A stretch of 64,000 nucleotides of DNA from a virus. The notes under the pieces are model-generated. The model ran no database searches. It worked only from the letters and a program-made list of their open reading frames with translations, and was not told the origin of the DNA. Of the stretch, positions 1 through 11,126 are shown in pieces. The DNA is taken from positions 7,047 through 71,046 of IMG/VR virus record IMGVR_UViG_3300021378_001718. One strand, given 5' to 3'. The translations under genes were made by a program, and so were the position numbers. Positions within the stretch are counted from its first letter, which is position 1. Every line of letters begins with the position of its first letter.

Positions 1-1
1 T

Positions 2-2431
2 GGTAAAACAGGTGTTAATAATCTACCTGATTCACAGATCGGTAACTTAGATATAACTAACCAAACAGTTACAGGACAAGTTGTAGATGCTAACATCATC
101 CTTACTCCAAACGGAACAGGACAAGTTGTTACTTCAGGTAATGTAACAGCATCATTCTTTTATGGTAATGGTTCTCAGTTAACAGGTATTGACGCAACAG
201 GAATTCAAAACGGAACATCTAATGTTCGTATACCAGTCGCAGACGGCAACGTAGAATTAAATGTTGATGGTGGACTAACAGCAAACGTTACTGACACTGG
301 CATAGTAATGACTAATGGTAATTTAGACCTTGGCAATGTGATTGCTACTGGTGTAGGTACATTTACAGGAAATGTTGCAGGTGGAAACATCAGCACAGCC
401 GGTATCTTAGCAGTAACTGGAAATGCTACTGCAGGTAACGTAGCAGGTGGAAACTTAGTTTCAGCACCATTCCTTACAGGTACATTAATAGACGGCACCT
501 CAAATGTCGAAATTACAACTAATGCTAATATTGATTTAACAGCAAAAGGAAACACAACTGCTGTAATCAGTGATACTGGCGCAAATGTTACTGGTACTTT
601 TAATGCAAACGGCGTAGCAACATTAGGTTCAGTCGTAACAGCACAAGTAACAGGTGCAGGCAGTGGTAACTTAACATTAACAGCGGGTTCATCAGATGAC
701 TACGTTGAAATCAGACCTACAGGAACTGGACAAGTTCACGTTGGTGGTTTCAAAATTGAATCATTGGGAACTCCAACTGCATCAACAGATGCGGCAACAA
801 AACAATATGTAGATGATTTAGCACAAGGTCTTGCTATTCAAGCACCAGCAATCGTAGCATCAACAGGAACACTAGCAACAATGTCTGGTGGTACTGTAAC
901 ATATGACAATGGTACAGCAGGTGTTGGAGCAACATTAACAATTTCAGGTGACACAATAACAGCAATAGACGGTGTTACATTATCAACTGATGATCGTATC
1001 GTTATTAAAGACGAATCAACATCAGCACATAATGGTATCTACACTTACACAAGTTCAACTGTTTTGACAAGAGCAACAGACTTTGACACTCCAACTGAAA
1101 TGGCTGGCGGTGACTTTGTATTCATTCAACAAGGTACATTATATAATGACACTGGTTGGGTAATGACTGATCCAGTAGCAACAGTTGGTACTTCAGATGT
1201 AACTTTCGTACAGTTCTCTGGTGCAGGATCATTCACAGCAGGTGCAGGTCTTACATTAACTGGCACTGAATTCTCTGTAAATACAGATAATACAACTACA
1301 GACATTCAAGGTGGAAACGTAGTTGTTAAAACTTCTGCTCAGTTTACTACTCCAGATATTGGAGCGGCAACTGGTACAAGTTTAACAGCAACAGGTAACG
1401 TAGCAGGTGGAAACTTAACAACAGCAGGTGTTGTAAGTGCAACTGGTAATGTAATCGGTGGTAATTTAACAACAGGTGGACTTGTTCTTGCTACTGGTAC
1501 TGTAACTGGTTCTGCATTGATCACAGGTGGTACAGTAACTGCAACAGGTAACGTAGCAGGTGGAAACATCACTACTGGAGCAAAAGTTGTAGCAGTAGGA
1601 AACATTGATTCAACATCAGGCATCTTTAATGGTGACGGTTTTGGACTATCAAATATCCCAGCCGCAAATATCACAGGCTTAAGTCTATCAGGCATTGCAA
1701 ATGGTACATCTAATGTAGATATCGCATCAGCAGACGGTAACGTCACAATGGGTGTTAACGGAGTTGCTGACATAGTAATCGTAGCAGATGACGGAATTGA
1801 AGTTAAAGGTACAACTAAATCAAGTGGTACAGTAACTGCACCCGCATTTACTGCAAACACAGGTATCTTTACTGGAGACGGCTCAGGTCTGTCTGCTATA
1901 GCAGGTGCTAATGTAACTGGACAAGTAAACTTCGCCGCAACTGCAAACGCAGTAGCAGGTGGAAACGTATCTGGTCAAGTAGCAAACGCACTTGTCTCAG
2001 GAACAGTATATACAGCGGCACAACCGAATATCACTTCAGTAGGTACTCTAACAAGTGTCGTAGTAAGTGGTACTGCTAATGTAGCAGGTAATGTAAACAT
2101 TGGTGCTAGTGAGATTTCAACATTAGCGGCAGGAACAGTAACAACTACAACTACTTCTCAGACAACACTTGCAAGTTTTGCAGTATCAGGCGTCAATGGA
2201 ATAGAGTTTTTAGTTAAAGGTAGAGATGCAACAACAGGTAATACTTCTGTAGCATCAGTACTTTGTGTTACAGACGGTTCAACAGTTGATTTTGTTACAT
2301 ACGGGCAATCATTCTTAACAGGATCACCCGGAGTACTAGCAGTAGGACTGAGTGGTAGTGATTTAGAACTACTTGTCACACCTACAGCAACCAACTCAAC
2401 AGTTTGGGTTACACAATATAGGTTTATTTAA
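2..2431 (+). CDS. Tail-fibre-like virion structural protein (5'-partial; frame is open from the window edge)
   Basis: Frame reads open from nt 2 (GKTGVNNLPDSQIGN...) into the 308..2431 ORF; GNVxGGN repeats, AAQPNITSVGTL motif, DAATKQYVD module. Confidence 0.75.
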   Translation, partial: GKTGVNNLPDSQIGNLDITNQTVTGQVVDANIILTPNGTGQVVTSGNVTASFFYGNGSQLTGIDATGIQNGTSNVRIPVADGNVELNVDGGLTANVTDTGIVMTNGNLDLGNVIATGVGTFTGNVAGGNISTAGILAVTGNATAGNVAGGNLVSAPFLTGTLIDGTSNVEITTNANIDLTAKGNTTAVISDTGANVTGTFNANGVATLGSVVTAQVTGAGSGNLTLTAGSSDDYVEIRPTGTGQVHVGGFKIESLGTPTASTDAATKQYVDDLAQGLAIQAPAIVASTGTLATMSGGTVTYDNGTAGVGATLTISGDTITAIDGVTLSTDDRIVIKDESTSAHNGIYTYTSSTVLTRATDFDTPTEMAGGDFVFIQQGTLYNDTGWVMTDPVATVGTSDVTFVQFSGAGSFTAGAGLTLTGTEFSVNTDNTTTDIQGGNVVVKTSAQFTTPDIGAATGTSLTATGNVAGGNLTTAGVVSATGNVIGGNLTTGGLVLATGTVTGSALITGGTVTATGNVAGGNITTGAKVVAVGNIDSTSGIFNGDGFGLSNIPAANITGLSLSGIANGTSNVDIASADGNVTMGVNGVADIVIVADDGIEVKGTTKSSGTVTAPAFTANTGIFTGDGSGLSAIAGANVTGQVNFAATANAVAGGNVSGQVANALVSGTVYTAAQPNITSVGTLTSVVVSGTANVAGNVNIGASEISTLAAGTVTTTTTSQTTLASFAVSGVNGIEFLVKGRDATTGNTSVASVLCVTDGSTVDFVTYGQSFLTGSPGVLAVGLSGSDLELLVTPTATNSTVWVTQYRFI
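773..1275 (+). repeat. Duplicated ~165-codon module, copy 1 (copy 2 at ~6579-7080)
   Basis: PTASTDAATKQYVDDLAQGLAIQAP...FVQFSGAGSF.AGAGLTLTG in both proteins, with long near-identical nucleotide runs. Confidence 0.85.
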
Positions 2432-2433
2432 TA

Positions 2434-3984
2434 ATGGCAATTAGGTCCTTCAATTCAGTTGGCGGGTTCTCAGTAGCCGAAACACCAGTTGAGATAGTCA
2501 GTAACGTAGGTAACGTTACACCAACTAACTTAGACGTTAGTACTGGATTATCTGATTTAGGTGCTATCGGTAATGTTACAATTACTGGCGGATCAAGCGG
2601 ACAAGGTATTATCACAGATGGCTCAGGTGGGTTATCATTTGGTTCTACAGGACAAGCGGCTAATTCAGCCACTAATATGCCTTATCAGATTAATGCTAGT
2701 GAAACTTTTGTTGTCGGTGCTAATTTACAAGGTCTATATTCAGAAACAATTGTAATTGACGGCGCACTTGCTATTGATGGTATGCTTATTGAAGTTGGCA
2801 CATCGCAAAATGCGGCTCCAACTGAAATTTACTTTGACAGCAACGGAACATTAACTGGTAATACCGGCTTTACTTTTACTGCTGGTACAGGTAACTTAGC
2901 AATACCAGGTAATGTAAGTGTTACTGGTAATATTGTCCCTACTGCAAACGTCACATATGACTTAGGTACAAACACACAACGTTTTAATGATTTATATCTA
3001 TCTGGTACATCTATTAAATTAGGTGATGGTGAAATGCAAGTTGTTGCAAACGGCGCTATGGTTATGACTAATGGCGACGGTGGACAATTTATATTTGACG
3101 GAGCAACAGATTTTGATCATACTGCAATATTCAATGGTACATCTAATGTATCTATAGACTCATCTGCTTCAGCAGTCACAATGGGTGTTGGTGGAGTAGC
3201 AGATGTATTTAATATGGCATCAACAGGTGTCTTAACTACGACAGGTAATGTCGTATCATTAGGTATTAAAACAGACGGTTACTTCTATGCAAATGGACAA
3301 GCAGTAACATTTGGTTCAGATGCGGCAGGATCCGATACAGAGATTCAGTTCAATGATGGAGGCACATCATTCGGCGGATCAGACAAATTTACAATTAATA
3401 AAACAAGTGGTCTAGTAACAGCAACAGGTAATGTAGCAGGTAACAATTATATCTCTACATCAGGCACAGTTCAATATGGAACTGGTGCAGGAGCAGGTTC
3501 AATTTCTGTAGTAACAGGAACTACAACTGCCGGCATATTTACAACAACCATGACAGATGTTAACATTGGACTTAATGCTAATGTTGTAATCTGTGGAACA
3601 GGAAAAACATTAACAGCACGTGGTAACGTGTCTGCTGATAATTTAAATTCAACAACTTTATCAGTTGGGGATTTATATAGTAGCAGAACAGCAGTATCAG
3701 TTGGTAGCAGTAACACAACTATCGATTCATTTGCGGCGGCTGATTATAGATCAGCAAAATATACAATTAGAGTGTCTGATAATACAGGTTATCAGTCAAT
3801 AGAAGTATTATTAGTACATGATGGGATAACACCTATAATGACTGTATACGGTTCAATATCGACTACAGGAGCAGATTTAATAACTCTGTCTACTGTATTG
3901 TCAGGATCTAATATACTTTTAAGAGCAACACCTGTAAACAGTAGCACTAGTGTGAATTTATTAGGTACATATGTACCAGACTAA
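2434..3984 (+). CDS. Virion structural / tail-associated protein
   Basis: 516 aa, G/T/S/N-rich; GNIVP...YDLG...RF.DLYL motif; C-terminal RSAKY-type domain resembling that of the preceding gene. Confidence 0.7.
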   Translation: MAIRSFNSVGGFSVAETPVEIVSNVGNVTPTNLDVSTGLSDLGAIGNVTITGGSSGQGIITDGSGGLSFGSTGQAANSATNMPYQINASETFVVGANLQGLYSETIVIDGALAIDGMLIEVGTSQNAAPTEIYFDSNGTLTGNTGFTFTAGTGNLAIPGNVSVTGNIVPTANVTYDLGTNTQRFNDLYLSGTSIKLGDGEMQVVANGAMVMTNGDGGQFIFDGATDFDHTAIFNGTSNVSIDSSASAVTMGVGGVADVFNMASTGVLTTTGNVVSLGIKTDGYFYANGQAVTFGSDAAGSDTEIQFNDGGTSFGGSDKFTINKTSGLVTATGNVAGNNYISTSGTVQYGTGAGAGSISVVTGTTTAGIFTTTMTDVNIGLNANVVICGTGKTLTARGNVSADNLNSTTLSVGDLYSSRTAVSVGSSNTTIDSFAAADYRSAKYTIRVSDNTGYQSIEVLLVHDGITPIMTVYGSISTTGADLITLSTVLSGSNILLRATPVNSSTSVNLLGTYVPD

Positions 3985-4058
3985 AAATTAATGCGGGAAA
4001 GAACGATAAATAGAATTATGCTGAAAAGGCAAATTTAACTATAATAGGGTAATAGGAA

Positions 4059-7000
4059 ATGTTAATATTAAAACAAAATACGGCGGCATCAGTCCCCACC
4101 CCGGCTGCGGGAAAAGGTACAATCTTCTTAAGTGATTCAGATGTACTGTCAGTCAAAAAGAGTTCAGGGGCAGTCGAATCGTTTCCAACGGTAAGTGGAT
4201 CTGATACACAAGTCTTCTTTAATGACAACAATGCAATCGCAGGGGATTCTGCTTTTGTATGGAACAAGACAACAGATGTCTTAACAGTTACAGGAAACGT
4301 AGCGGCTACAAGAGTACTAACAGACAATCTGTTATATGCTAACGGAGCGGCATGGGACTTACAAGAACCAGCTGGTTCAACAACTGAAGTTCAGTTTAAT
4401 AATGCTGGACAGTTCGGCGCAGACTCTACATTTACATTTAATTCAGGAACTGATACCCTATCAGCACCCACAGTTACAGCAACTACATTAAATGGTGTAC
4501 TTGGAACTGCCGCTCAAACTAACATTACTACAGTCGGAACCCTAGGCGCACTAACAGTAACAGGAGCAATTGGCACAGGAAGTGTATCAGCAACAGGCGA
4601 TCTTGGTGGTGTTAACTTAAACATGTCAGGTAACGCAATTATTACTGGTAACTTAGTAGTTAACGGTACAACAACTTCAACTAACGTAGACAATATGACT
4701 GTTGAAGATCCAATCATCAATCTAGGTGGTGGAGCAAACGGAGCGGCCCCTGCTAGTAACGACGGTAAAGATCGTGGTACAGAAATACAATATTATACAT
4801 CAGAAGCAATCTTAGGTTTCATGGGTTGGGATAACTCAGAAGGTGAATTTATCTTCGGAGCAGACGTTCAAAACGCATCAGAAGTCATTACAGTTAACAC
4901 ATATGGTAACGTTCATGGTAACGTATTCATAGGTTCAGGTGCTGGATTATCAGCAATTGCTGGAGCAAACGTAACAGGAACAGTACCATTAGCAACAGCG
5001 GCAACTACTTCAGGTACAGTAACAACAGCCGCACAACCAAACATTACTAGTGTTGGTACTTTATCATCATTAGCATCAGGAGCATCAGCAACTCCAGCAG
5101 ATTTCTCAGGAGCCGCAATAATCGGTGCTACAGACAATACAGGTGAGAATTTAGGTTCACGCATTGGTGTTGTAGGTGAAGCAAGAGGTGACTCTGGTGA
5201 TACTGACATTACTGGTATTGGTGTATATGGTGTTGGTTCATCTAACGGCGCAACTAGAGGTTCTGGTGTATATGGTGTAGGTACAGTTACTGCAACTGGT
5301 GATACAGGAGCCGCAGTAGGTGTTAGAGGTATTACATCTGCTACTCATGCTTCAGGTATGAACGTTGGTTTATATGGTAAAGCATCAGGATCAAGTGTAA
5401 ACAACTATTCTCTATATCTTGCACAAGGTAGTATTTCAACAATTGAAACTAGCCCAGTTTGGGAACTACAAGATAATCAAGCAGGTGCACTAAAGTTTGG
5501 TTCATCAGGCAAAGCAAATATTTTCTTAATTGAAACAACTGATAACTCAGAAGGTATTGCAACAACAGGTTACTTAAACGTAACTGGTAATATTACTGCA
5601 ACAGCAGGTATTAAAACAGACAATTATTATTATGCAAACGGAGCACCATTAGACTTTCAACAACCAGCAGGTGCAAACACTCAAGTTATCTTTAATGATG
5701 ACGGAGACTTCGGAGCAGACTCAACATTTACATTTGATAAAGGAACAGACACTTTATCAGCGCCAATTGTTACAGCAACTACATTAAACGGTGCATTAGG
5801 TACTGCGGCACAGACAGCAATTACATCTGTAGGAACATTAGGTGCATTAGCAGTTACTGGAAACATTACATCAGGTAATGTAGCAGGAACAGGTGGTGTC
5901 TTCACATATGTATCTGGAGACGGAGCAAACTTAACAGCAATCACAGGACAAAATGTTTCAGGTGAGGTTGATTTTTCACAAGTAGCAAATTCAGTAGCAG
6001 GTGGAAACGTATCAGGCGCAGTTGCATTAGCAACAAGTGCAACATCAGCAAATGCAGTAGCCGGAGCAAATGTCTCAGGTGAAGTAACATTTGCGGCAAC
6101 AGCAAACACAGTTGCTGGTGCTAATGTTTCTGGAACAGTTCCTCTTGCAACAACAGCAGGAACCGTATCAACAGCCGCTCAAGGCAACATTACATCAGTA
6201 GGCACATTAAGTGGCTTAGGTGTTAACGGAACAATTACTGCTTCAGCAATCACAGCAAACACAGGAGTGTTTACAGGTGATGCAGGTGGATTATCAAACG
6301 TTATAGCAGGAAACATCAGTGGTACAGTAGCAACTGCAACAACAGCAGGTACTGTAACAACTGCCGCACAGCCAAACATTACTTCAGTAGGAACTCTCGC
6401 ATCTGTAACAACTACAGGAAACGTAGATACTACAGCAAACGTTGTAACTGATAACATCATTGGTAAATCAGCAGGCATTACAATTACATCAATTGGAACT
6501 AATCAGCCGGTCACACTTGTACCAACAGGGTCAGGTGGAGTATCAGTTAGTTCAAAACGAATTTTAGACTTAGCAGAACCAACAGCATCAACAGATGCCG
6601 CTACTAAGCAATATGTTGATGACTTAGCACAGGGACTTGCAATACAAGCACCTTGTGTAGCAGGAACACCAGGTACACTAACATCTATTACAGGTGGAAC
6701 GATCACTTATGATAACGGTACAGCAGGAGTCGGTGCAACGTTAACAACATCTTCAGGTAACTTTGATACACTAGACGGCATTAGTATTTCAACTGATGAC
6801 AGAGTTCTAGTTAAAAACGAATCAACAACTGCAAACAACGGTATCTATGTTAAGACATCATCAACTGTTCTAACAAGAGCATCAGATTTTGATACTCCAG
6901 TAGAGATGGCAGGTGGAGACTTTGTATTCATACAACAGGGTACTACATTAAATGACACTGGTTTTGTAATGACAGACCCAGTAGCAACAATTGGTACAGA

Positions 7001-8249
7001 CCCAGCAACGTTTGTTCAGTTCTCAGGAGCAGGTTCATTCTTAGCAGGTGCTGGACTTACACTAACTGGTTCAACATTCTCAATAACAGATACAGCAGTA
7101 TCTGCACAAGCATACGGTAACGGAACACATAACGCAACATTCACAGTGAATGGTAAAGGTCAATTGACAGCGGCGGCTAACGTTGAAATTACTGCAGGCG
7201 CAGGCGCATTGACTGGTACAGTTCTTAATTCAAGTGTTGTAGATTCATCACTAACATCAGTTGGTACAATTGATACAGGTGTATGGGAAGGTACAGCAAT
7301 CGGAGCGGCATACGTTGCAACTCTGAATCAGAACACAACAGGTACAGCGGGTACTGTAACAACAGCCGCACAACCTAATATTACTTCTGTTGGAACATTA
7401 TCTGGATTAACAGTTAGTAACCCAATAGCAGGTTCAGTCACTGGTTCAGCAGGCTCTGCTACAACAGCAGGAAGTGTTGACGAGTCAGCAACATTTAACA
7501 ATAGTGGATCAGGGGTTGCTTCAGGTACAACATACAACGGTGGCACAGCAAGAACTATTTCTTATAACACAGTTGGAGCGGCAGGCGCAGACGGTACAGG
7601 AGCATCAGGTACATGGGGAATTAACGTCTCAGGTTCAGCAGGAAGTGCAACATCAGCAACAACAGCAGGTACTGTAACAACAGCGGCTCAACCGAACATT
7701 ACAAGTACAGGTACGTTAACAGGATTAACTGTCAACGGAACTATGAATGCTGGAACAATGCAGTCTACTACAATCACTACAGGATCATCTGCAACAGCAG
7801 GTACAATCACTGGTGATTATACACTGACATCAGGTTCAACTCTTAACGCAACATATGCTGACTTGGCAGAGAAATACACAGCAGATAAAGATTATGAGCC
7901 AGGTACAGTCGTAGTATTCAACGGAGAAGCAGAACTATCAACTACAGGACAACATGGATCTCATTGTGTTGCAGGTATTATTACAACTAATCCGGCTCAA
8001 GTCTATAACGCAGAATGTACAGCAGGCGAAGGTGAGCATGTCGTAGAACTAGCATTGATTGGACGTGTACCATGTAAAGTAATCGGACCAATCAGTAAAG
8101 GTGACATTATCGTAACTTCAGATCAAGCAGGATTTGGATGTGCGGCTGACCCAGAAACTGTCAAGCCGGGTACAATTATTGGTAAATCATTAGGTTCATT
8201 CAACGATGGTCTCGACGGAGTAGTAGAAGTATTAGTCGGTAGATGTTAA
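4059..8249 (+). CDS. Long tail fibre with C-terminal intramolecular-chaperone/auto-cleavage-like domain
   Basis: 1396 aa; repeated TTAAQPNITSVGTL and ANAVAGANVSGEV units; C-terminal ADLAEKY...GTVV...ALIGRVPCKV...KGD...IIGKSL signature. Confidence 0.75.
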   Translation: MLILKQNTAASVPTPAAGKGTIFLSDSDVLSVKKSSGAVESFPTVSGSDTQVFFNDNNAIAGDSAFVWNKTTDVLTVTGNVAATRVLTDNLLYANGAAWDLQEPAGSTTEVQFNNAGQFGADSTFTFNSGTDTLSAPTVTATTLNGVLGTAAQTNITTVGTLGALTVTGAIGTGSVSATGDLGGVNLNMSGNAIITGNLVVNGTTTSTNVDNMTVEDPIINLGGGANGAAPASNDGKDRGTEIQYYTSEAILGFMGWDNSEGEFIFGADVQNASEVITVNTYGNVHGNVFIGSGAGLSAIAGANVTGTVPLATAATTSGTVTTAAQPNITSVGTLSSLASGASATPADFSGAAIIGATDNTGENLGSRIGVVGEARGDSGDTDITGIGVYGVGSSNGATRGSGVYGVGTVTATGDTGAAVGVRGITSATHASGMNVGLYGKASGSSVNNYSLYLAQGSISTIETSPVWELQDNQAGALKFGSSGKANIFLIETTDNSEGIATTGYLNVTGNITATAGIKTDNYYYANGAPLDFQQPAGANTQVIFNDDGDFGADSTFTFDKGTDTLSAPIVTATTLNGALGTAAQTAITSVGTLGALAVTGNITSGNVAGTGGVFTYVSGDGANLTAITGQNVSGEVDFSQVANSVAGGNVSGAVALATSATSANAVAGANVSGEVTFAATANTVAGANVSGTVPLATTAGTVSTAAQGNITSVGTLSGLGVNGTITASAITANTGVFTGDAGGLSNVIAGNISGTVATATTAGTVTTAAQPNITSVGTLASVTTTGNVDTTANVVTDNIIGKSAGITITSIGTNQPVTLVPTGSGGVSVSSKRILDLAEPTASTDAATKQYVDDLAQGLAIQAPCVAGTPGTLTSITGGTITYDNGTAGVGATLTTSSGNFDTLDGISISTDDRVLVKNESTTANNGIYVKTSSTVLTRASDFDTPVEMAGGDFVFIQQGTTLNDTGFVMTDPVATIGTDPATFVQFSGAGSFLAGAGLTLTGSTFSITDTAVSAQAYGNGTHNATFTVNGKGQLTAAANVEITAGAGALTGTVLNSSVVDSSLTSVGTIDTGVWEGTAIGAAYVATLNQNTTGTAGTVTTAAQPNITSVGTLSGLTVSNPIAGSVTGSAGSATTAGSVDESATFNNSGSGVASGTTYNGGTARTISYNTVGAAGADGTGASGTWGINVSGSAGSATSATTAGTVTTAAQPNITSTGTLTGLTVNGTMNAGTMQSTTITTGSSATAGTITGDYTLTSGSTLNATYADLAEKYTADKDYEPGTVVVFNGEAELSTTGQHGSHCVAGIITTNPAQVYNAECTAGEGEHVVELALIGRVPCKVIGPISKGDIIVTSDQAGFGCAADPETVKPGTIIGKSLGSFNDGLDGVVEVLVGRC

Positions 8250-8264
8250 TCTAAACAAACACAT

Positions 8265-8291
8265 AAAAAGGGGTACTCGTTACCCTTTTTT
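8265..8291 (+). terminator. Intrinsic terminator
   Basis: aaaaaggggta-ctcgt-tacccttttt hairpin with T-run after the fibre gene. Confidence 0.85.
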
Positions 8292-8338
8292 ATTGGTTAT
8301 AATTTATCAAGCCTAATCTAATACTGATAAGTATATGT

Positions 8339-8776
8339 ATGAATACTTTTACTCTGGGTTTTGATACTCGTCTGACAGAATGGCACAAATTAAGAGAAAC
8401 ATTAAAAGATTCAGAACTAGAAAACGTATGTGTAGAAGTAGATAAATTTTGGCAACAATGTCCGTTAAGTAATCATTATCTACACCCGCATGATATAAAA
8501 GATTGGCCCAATCCATGGCAACTCATACATGATAACATGTATTGTTATTATGCACGTGCTTTGGGTAACATATATACTTTGGCAATATTGGGTATAAAAA
8601 ACATTGACTTATGTTCAGCAATCGATTATAATAATACAGAAGTAGTATTAGTCTTAGTGGACAACGCAAAATATGTGTTGAATTACTGGCCCGACTCGGT
8701 AGTAAATACTGTGCTGTCAGATTTTACAAATGTCAAATACATTGACATAAAGATGCTGGAAAATAAAATAAATTAG
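8339..8776 (+). CDS. Hypothetical phage protein (first gene of nrd operon)
   Basis: 145-aa ORF; TAAGTA 5 nt upstream of the ATG. Confidence 0.7.
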   Translation: MNTFTLGFDTRLTEWHKLRETLKDSELENVCVEVDKFWQQCPLSNHYLHPHDIKDWPNPWQLIHDNMYCYYARALGNIYTLAILGIKNIDLCSAIDYNNTEVVLVLVDNAKYVLNYWPDSVVNTVLSDFTNVKYIDIKMLENKIN

Positions 8777-8783
8777 GTAAAGA

Positions 8784-11117
8784 ATGAATATTAAAGTCAC
8801 TAAAAGATCAGGAAAAATAGTAGAGTTAGAATTAGAAAAGTGGCAAGCACAAATAGCAAAAGTATGTGAAGGTGTATCGGACGTATCACAATCGATGATA
8901 GAGATTACATCACAACCTCACTTTTTTGATGGCATCACTACCAGAGAAATTGATGAACTTACTCTACGTGCTATTGTTGATCTTATCGATGAAGAACAAG
9001 CACCAGAAACAGGACACACTAACTATCAATTCGTAGCAGGTAAACAACGTTTGTCTATGTTACGCAAAGATGTATACGGTCAATATCAACCGCCTCATCT
9101 ATATCAGATTGTAAAAACCAATGTAGAATCAGGTTTGTATACTCCAGAGTTACTTGAGTGGTATTCAGAAGAAGACTGGAACAAGATGGATAAGATGATC
9201 AACCATGAGAAAGATGAAAATGCATCTTATGCCGCTGTTGAACAAATGATTGGTAAGTATCTTGTAAGAAACAGATCAACCGGTCAAATCTATGAGACGC
9301 CTCAAGTAAGATATATGGTAGCCGCCGCAACAGTATTTCATAAAGAAGAACCTGAATCAGCAAGAATGAGATACATTAAAGAATATTACAATTGTGCTAG
9401 TGATGGATTATTCACTCTAGCAACTCCAGTACTTGCAGGACTCGGAACACCTACTAAACAGTTTAGTTCTTGTGTTCTTATTAAAAGTGATGATGACTTA
9501 GATAGTATTTTTGCATCAGGTGAAATGATGGCTAAGTATGCAAGTAAACGTGCAGGTATAGGTCTTGAAATAGGTCGTTTAAGACCCCTAGGGGCGCCTA
9601 TAAGAGGCGGAGAGATCATGCATACGGGTATGATACCCTTTCTTAAGAAGTGGTTCGGAGACTTGCGTTCTTGCTCACAAGGTGGTATTCGTAATGCAAG
9701 TGCTACAGTATTTTATCCTATATGGCATCATCAATTTGATGACTTAATCGTTCTTAAAAACAATCAAGGAACAGATGAAACTAGAGTTAGACATATGGAC
9801 TATGGCGTATGTCTTAATTCATTCTTTTGGAAACGATTTAAAAACAAAGGCAACATTACATTCTTTGATCCAAATGAAGTACCTGATCTTTATGAAGCAT
9901 TCTATTCAGATACTGCTAAATTTGAAGAACTTTATATCAAATATGAAAGGTCCCGTAGCCTGCGGAAGAAAGTCATGTCAGCAGAAGAAGTCTTTAAGTC
10001 TGGTATCTTAAAAGAAAGAACTGATACAGGAAGAATATATTTAGTATATGTTGATAACGTATCTAATCAAGGACCATTCGATACTACAGAGCATCCAATC
10101 TATCAAAGCAACTTGTGTTGTGAAATATTATTGCCTACAAAGCCTTTTAAACGTTTAGATGATGATAAGGGACGTATTGCATTGTGTACACTGGGATCGA
10201 TCAACTGGGGAGCATTCAGACACCCTGAGGACATGCGTAGAGCATGTCGTATACTTCAAAGAAGTCTATGCAACATCTTAGATTACCAAGACTTCTTATC
10301 GATTCAGAGTAAGTTAAGTAATGATGAAATACAACCGTTGGGTATCGGTGTTACTAATCTAGCATACTGGCATGCAAAACGAGATTACATCTATGGAGAC
10401 AAAGATGCATTACAAGATGTTAAAGCATGGATGGAACATCAAGCATTTTTCTTAACAGAAGCAACAGTTGAAATGGCAAAAGAAAGAGGTAAGTGTTTAG
10501 ATAGTGATAAGACATGGTATGGTAAAGGCAAGTTCCCTTGGGAACGTAGAGCAAAAGGTGTAAACAAACTAGCAAACTTTAAGCCAGAATGTGATTGGGA
10601 ATCATTAAGAAAAGATATGAAAGAGCATGGTGTTAGAAATGCGACTCTAATGGCGATTGCTCCTGTAGAATCATCTAGTGTAGTAATCAATTCAACAAAT
10701 GGTATTGAAATGCCAATGAGTTTAATCTCTGTTAAAGAAAGTAAAGCAGGATCACTCACACAAGTAGTACCAGACTATCACATTAAACGTGTAAGAAACT
10801 CTTATCAGTTGATGTGGGAACAAGAAGACTGTGATGCATATTTAAAAACAGCATCGGTGTTAGCGGCATACGTAGATCAAAGTATTTCAACGAATACATT
10901 CTACAATCCAGCACACTTTAAAGATCAAAAAGTGCCTACTACGTTAATTGCGAAAAACTTAATGCAGGCACATAATTGGGGACTTAAGACTTTTTACTAT
11001 TCTTTAATAAATAAAGCGGGAGTCAAAAGATCAGACGAACAATTACAAGAAATAGCAAAACAATACATAGCAGAGCCAGAGTTTGAAGATGATGACTGCG
11101 AAGCATGTAAATTATAA
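8784..11117 (+). CDS. nrdA: Ribonucleotide reductase class Ia alpha subunit
   Basis: N-terminal ATP cone (VTKRSG), QFSSC, SNLCCEI, ALCTL, LKTFYY, C-terminal CEAC. Confidence 0.97.
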   Translation: MNIKVTKRSGKIVELELEKWQAQIAKVCEGVSDVSQSMIEITSQPHFFDGITTREIDELTLRAIVDLIDEEQAPETGHTNYQFVAGKQRLSMLRKDVYGQYQPPHLYQIVKTNVESGLYTPELLEWYSEEDWNKMDKMINHEKDENASYAAVEQMIGKYLVRNRSTGQIYETPQVRYMVAAATVFHKEEPESARMRYIKEYYNCASDGLFTLATPVLAGLGTPTKQFSSCVLIKSDDDLDSIFASGEMMAKYASKRAGIGLEIGRLRPLGAPIRGGEIMHTGMIPFLKKWFGDLRSCSQGGIRNASATVFYPIWHHQFDDLIVLKNNQGTDETRVRHMDYGVCLNSFFWKRFKNKGNITFFDPNEVPDLYEAFYSDTAKFEELYIKYERSRSLRKKVMSAEEVFKSGILKERTDTGRIYLVYVDNVSNQGPFDTTEHPIYQSNLCCEILLPTKPFKRLDDDKGRIALCTLGSINWGAFRHPEDMRRACRILQRSLCNILDYQDFLSIQSKLSNDEIQPLGIGVTNLAYWHAKRDYIYGDKDALQDVKAWMEHQAFFLTEATVEMAKERGKCLDSDKTWYGKGKFPWERRAKGVNKLANFKPECDWESLRKDMKEHGVRNATLMAIAPVESSSVVINSTNGIEMPMSLISVKESKAGSLTQVVPDYHIKRVRNSYQLMWEQEDCDAYLKTASVLAAYVDQSISTNTFYNPAHFKDQKVPTTLIAKNLMQAHNWGLKTFYYSLINKAGVKRSDEQLQEIAKQYIAEPEFEDDDCEACKL

Positions 11118-11126
11118 GGGTTAATA

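Noticed and set aside
205-7677. Many antisense/alternate-frame ORFs over fibre genes (also 45417-48232)
   Set aside because: Shadow ORFs caused by repetitive Gly/Thr/Ala/Val codons; no SD or motifs
1-8249. Repeats as a CRISPR array or DGR template/variable pair
   Set aside because: Repeats are in-frame coding units varying at synonymous positions; no constant-repeat/unique-spacer pattern, no adenine-specific mismatches noticed, and no reverse transcriptase in the window
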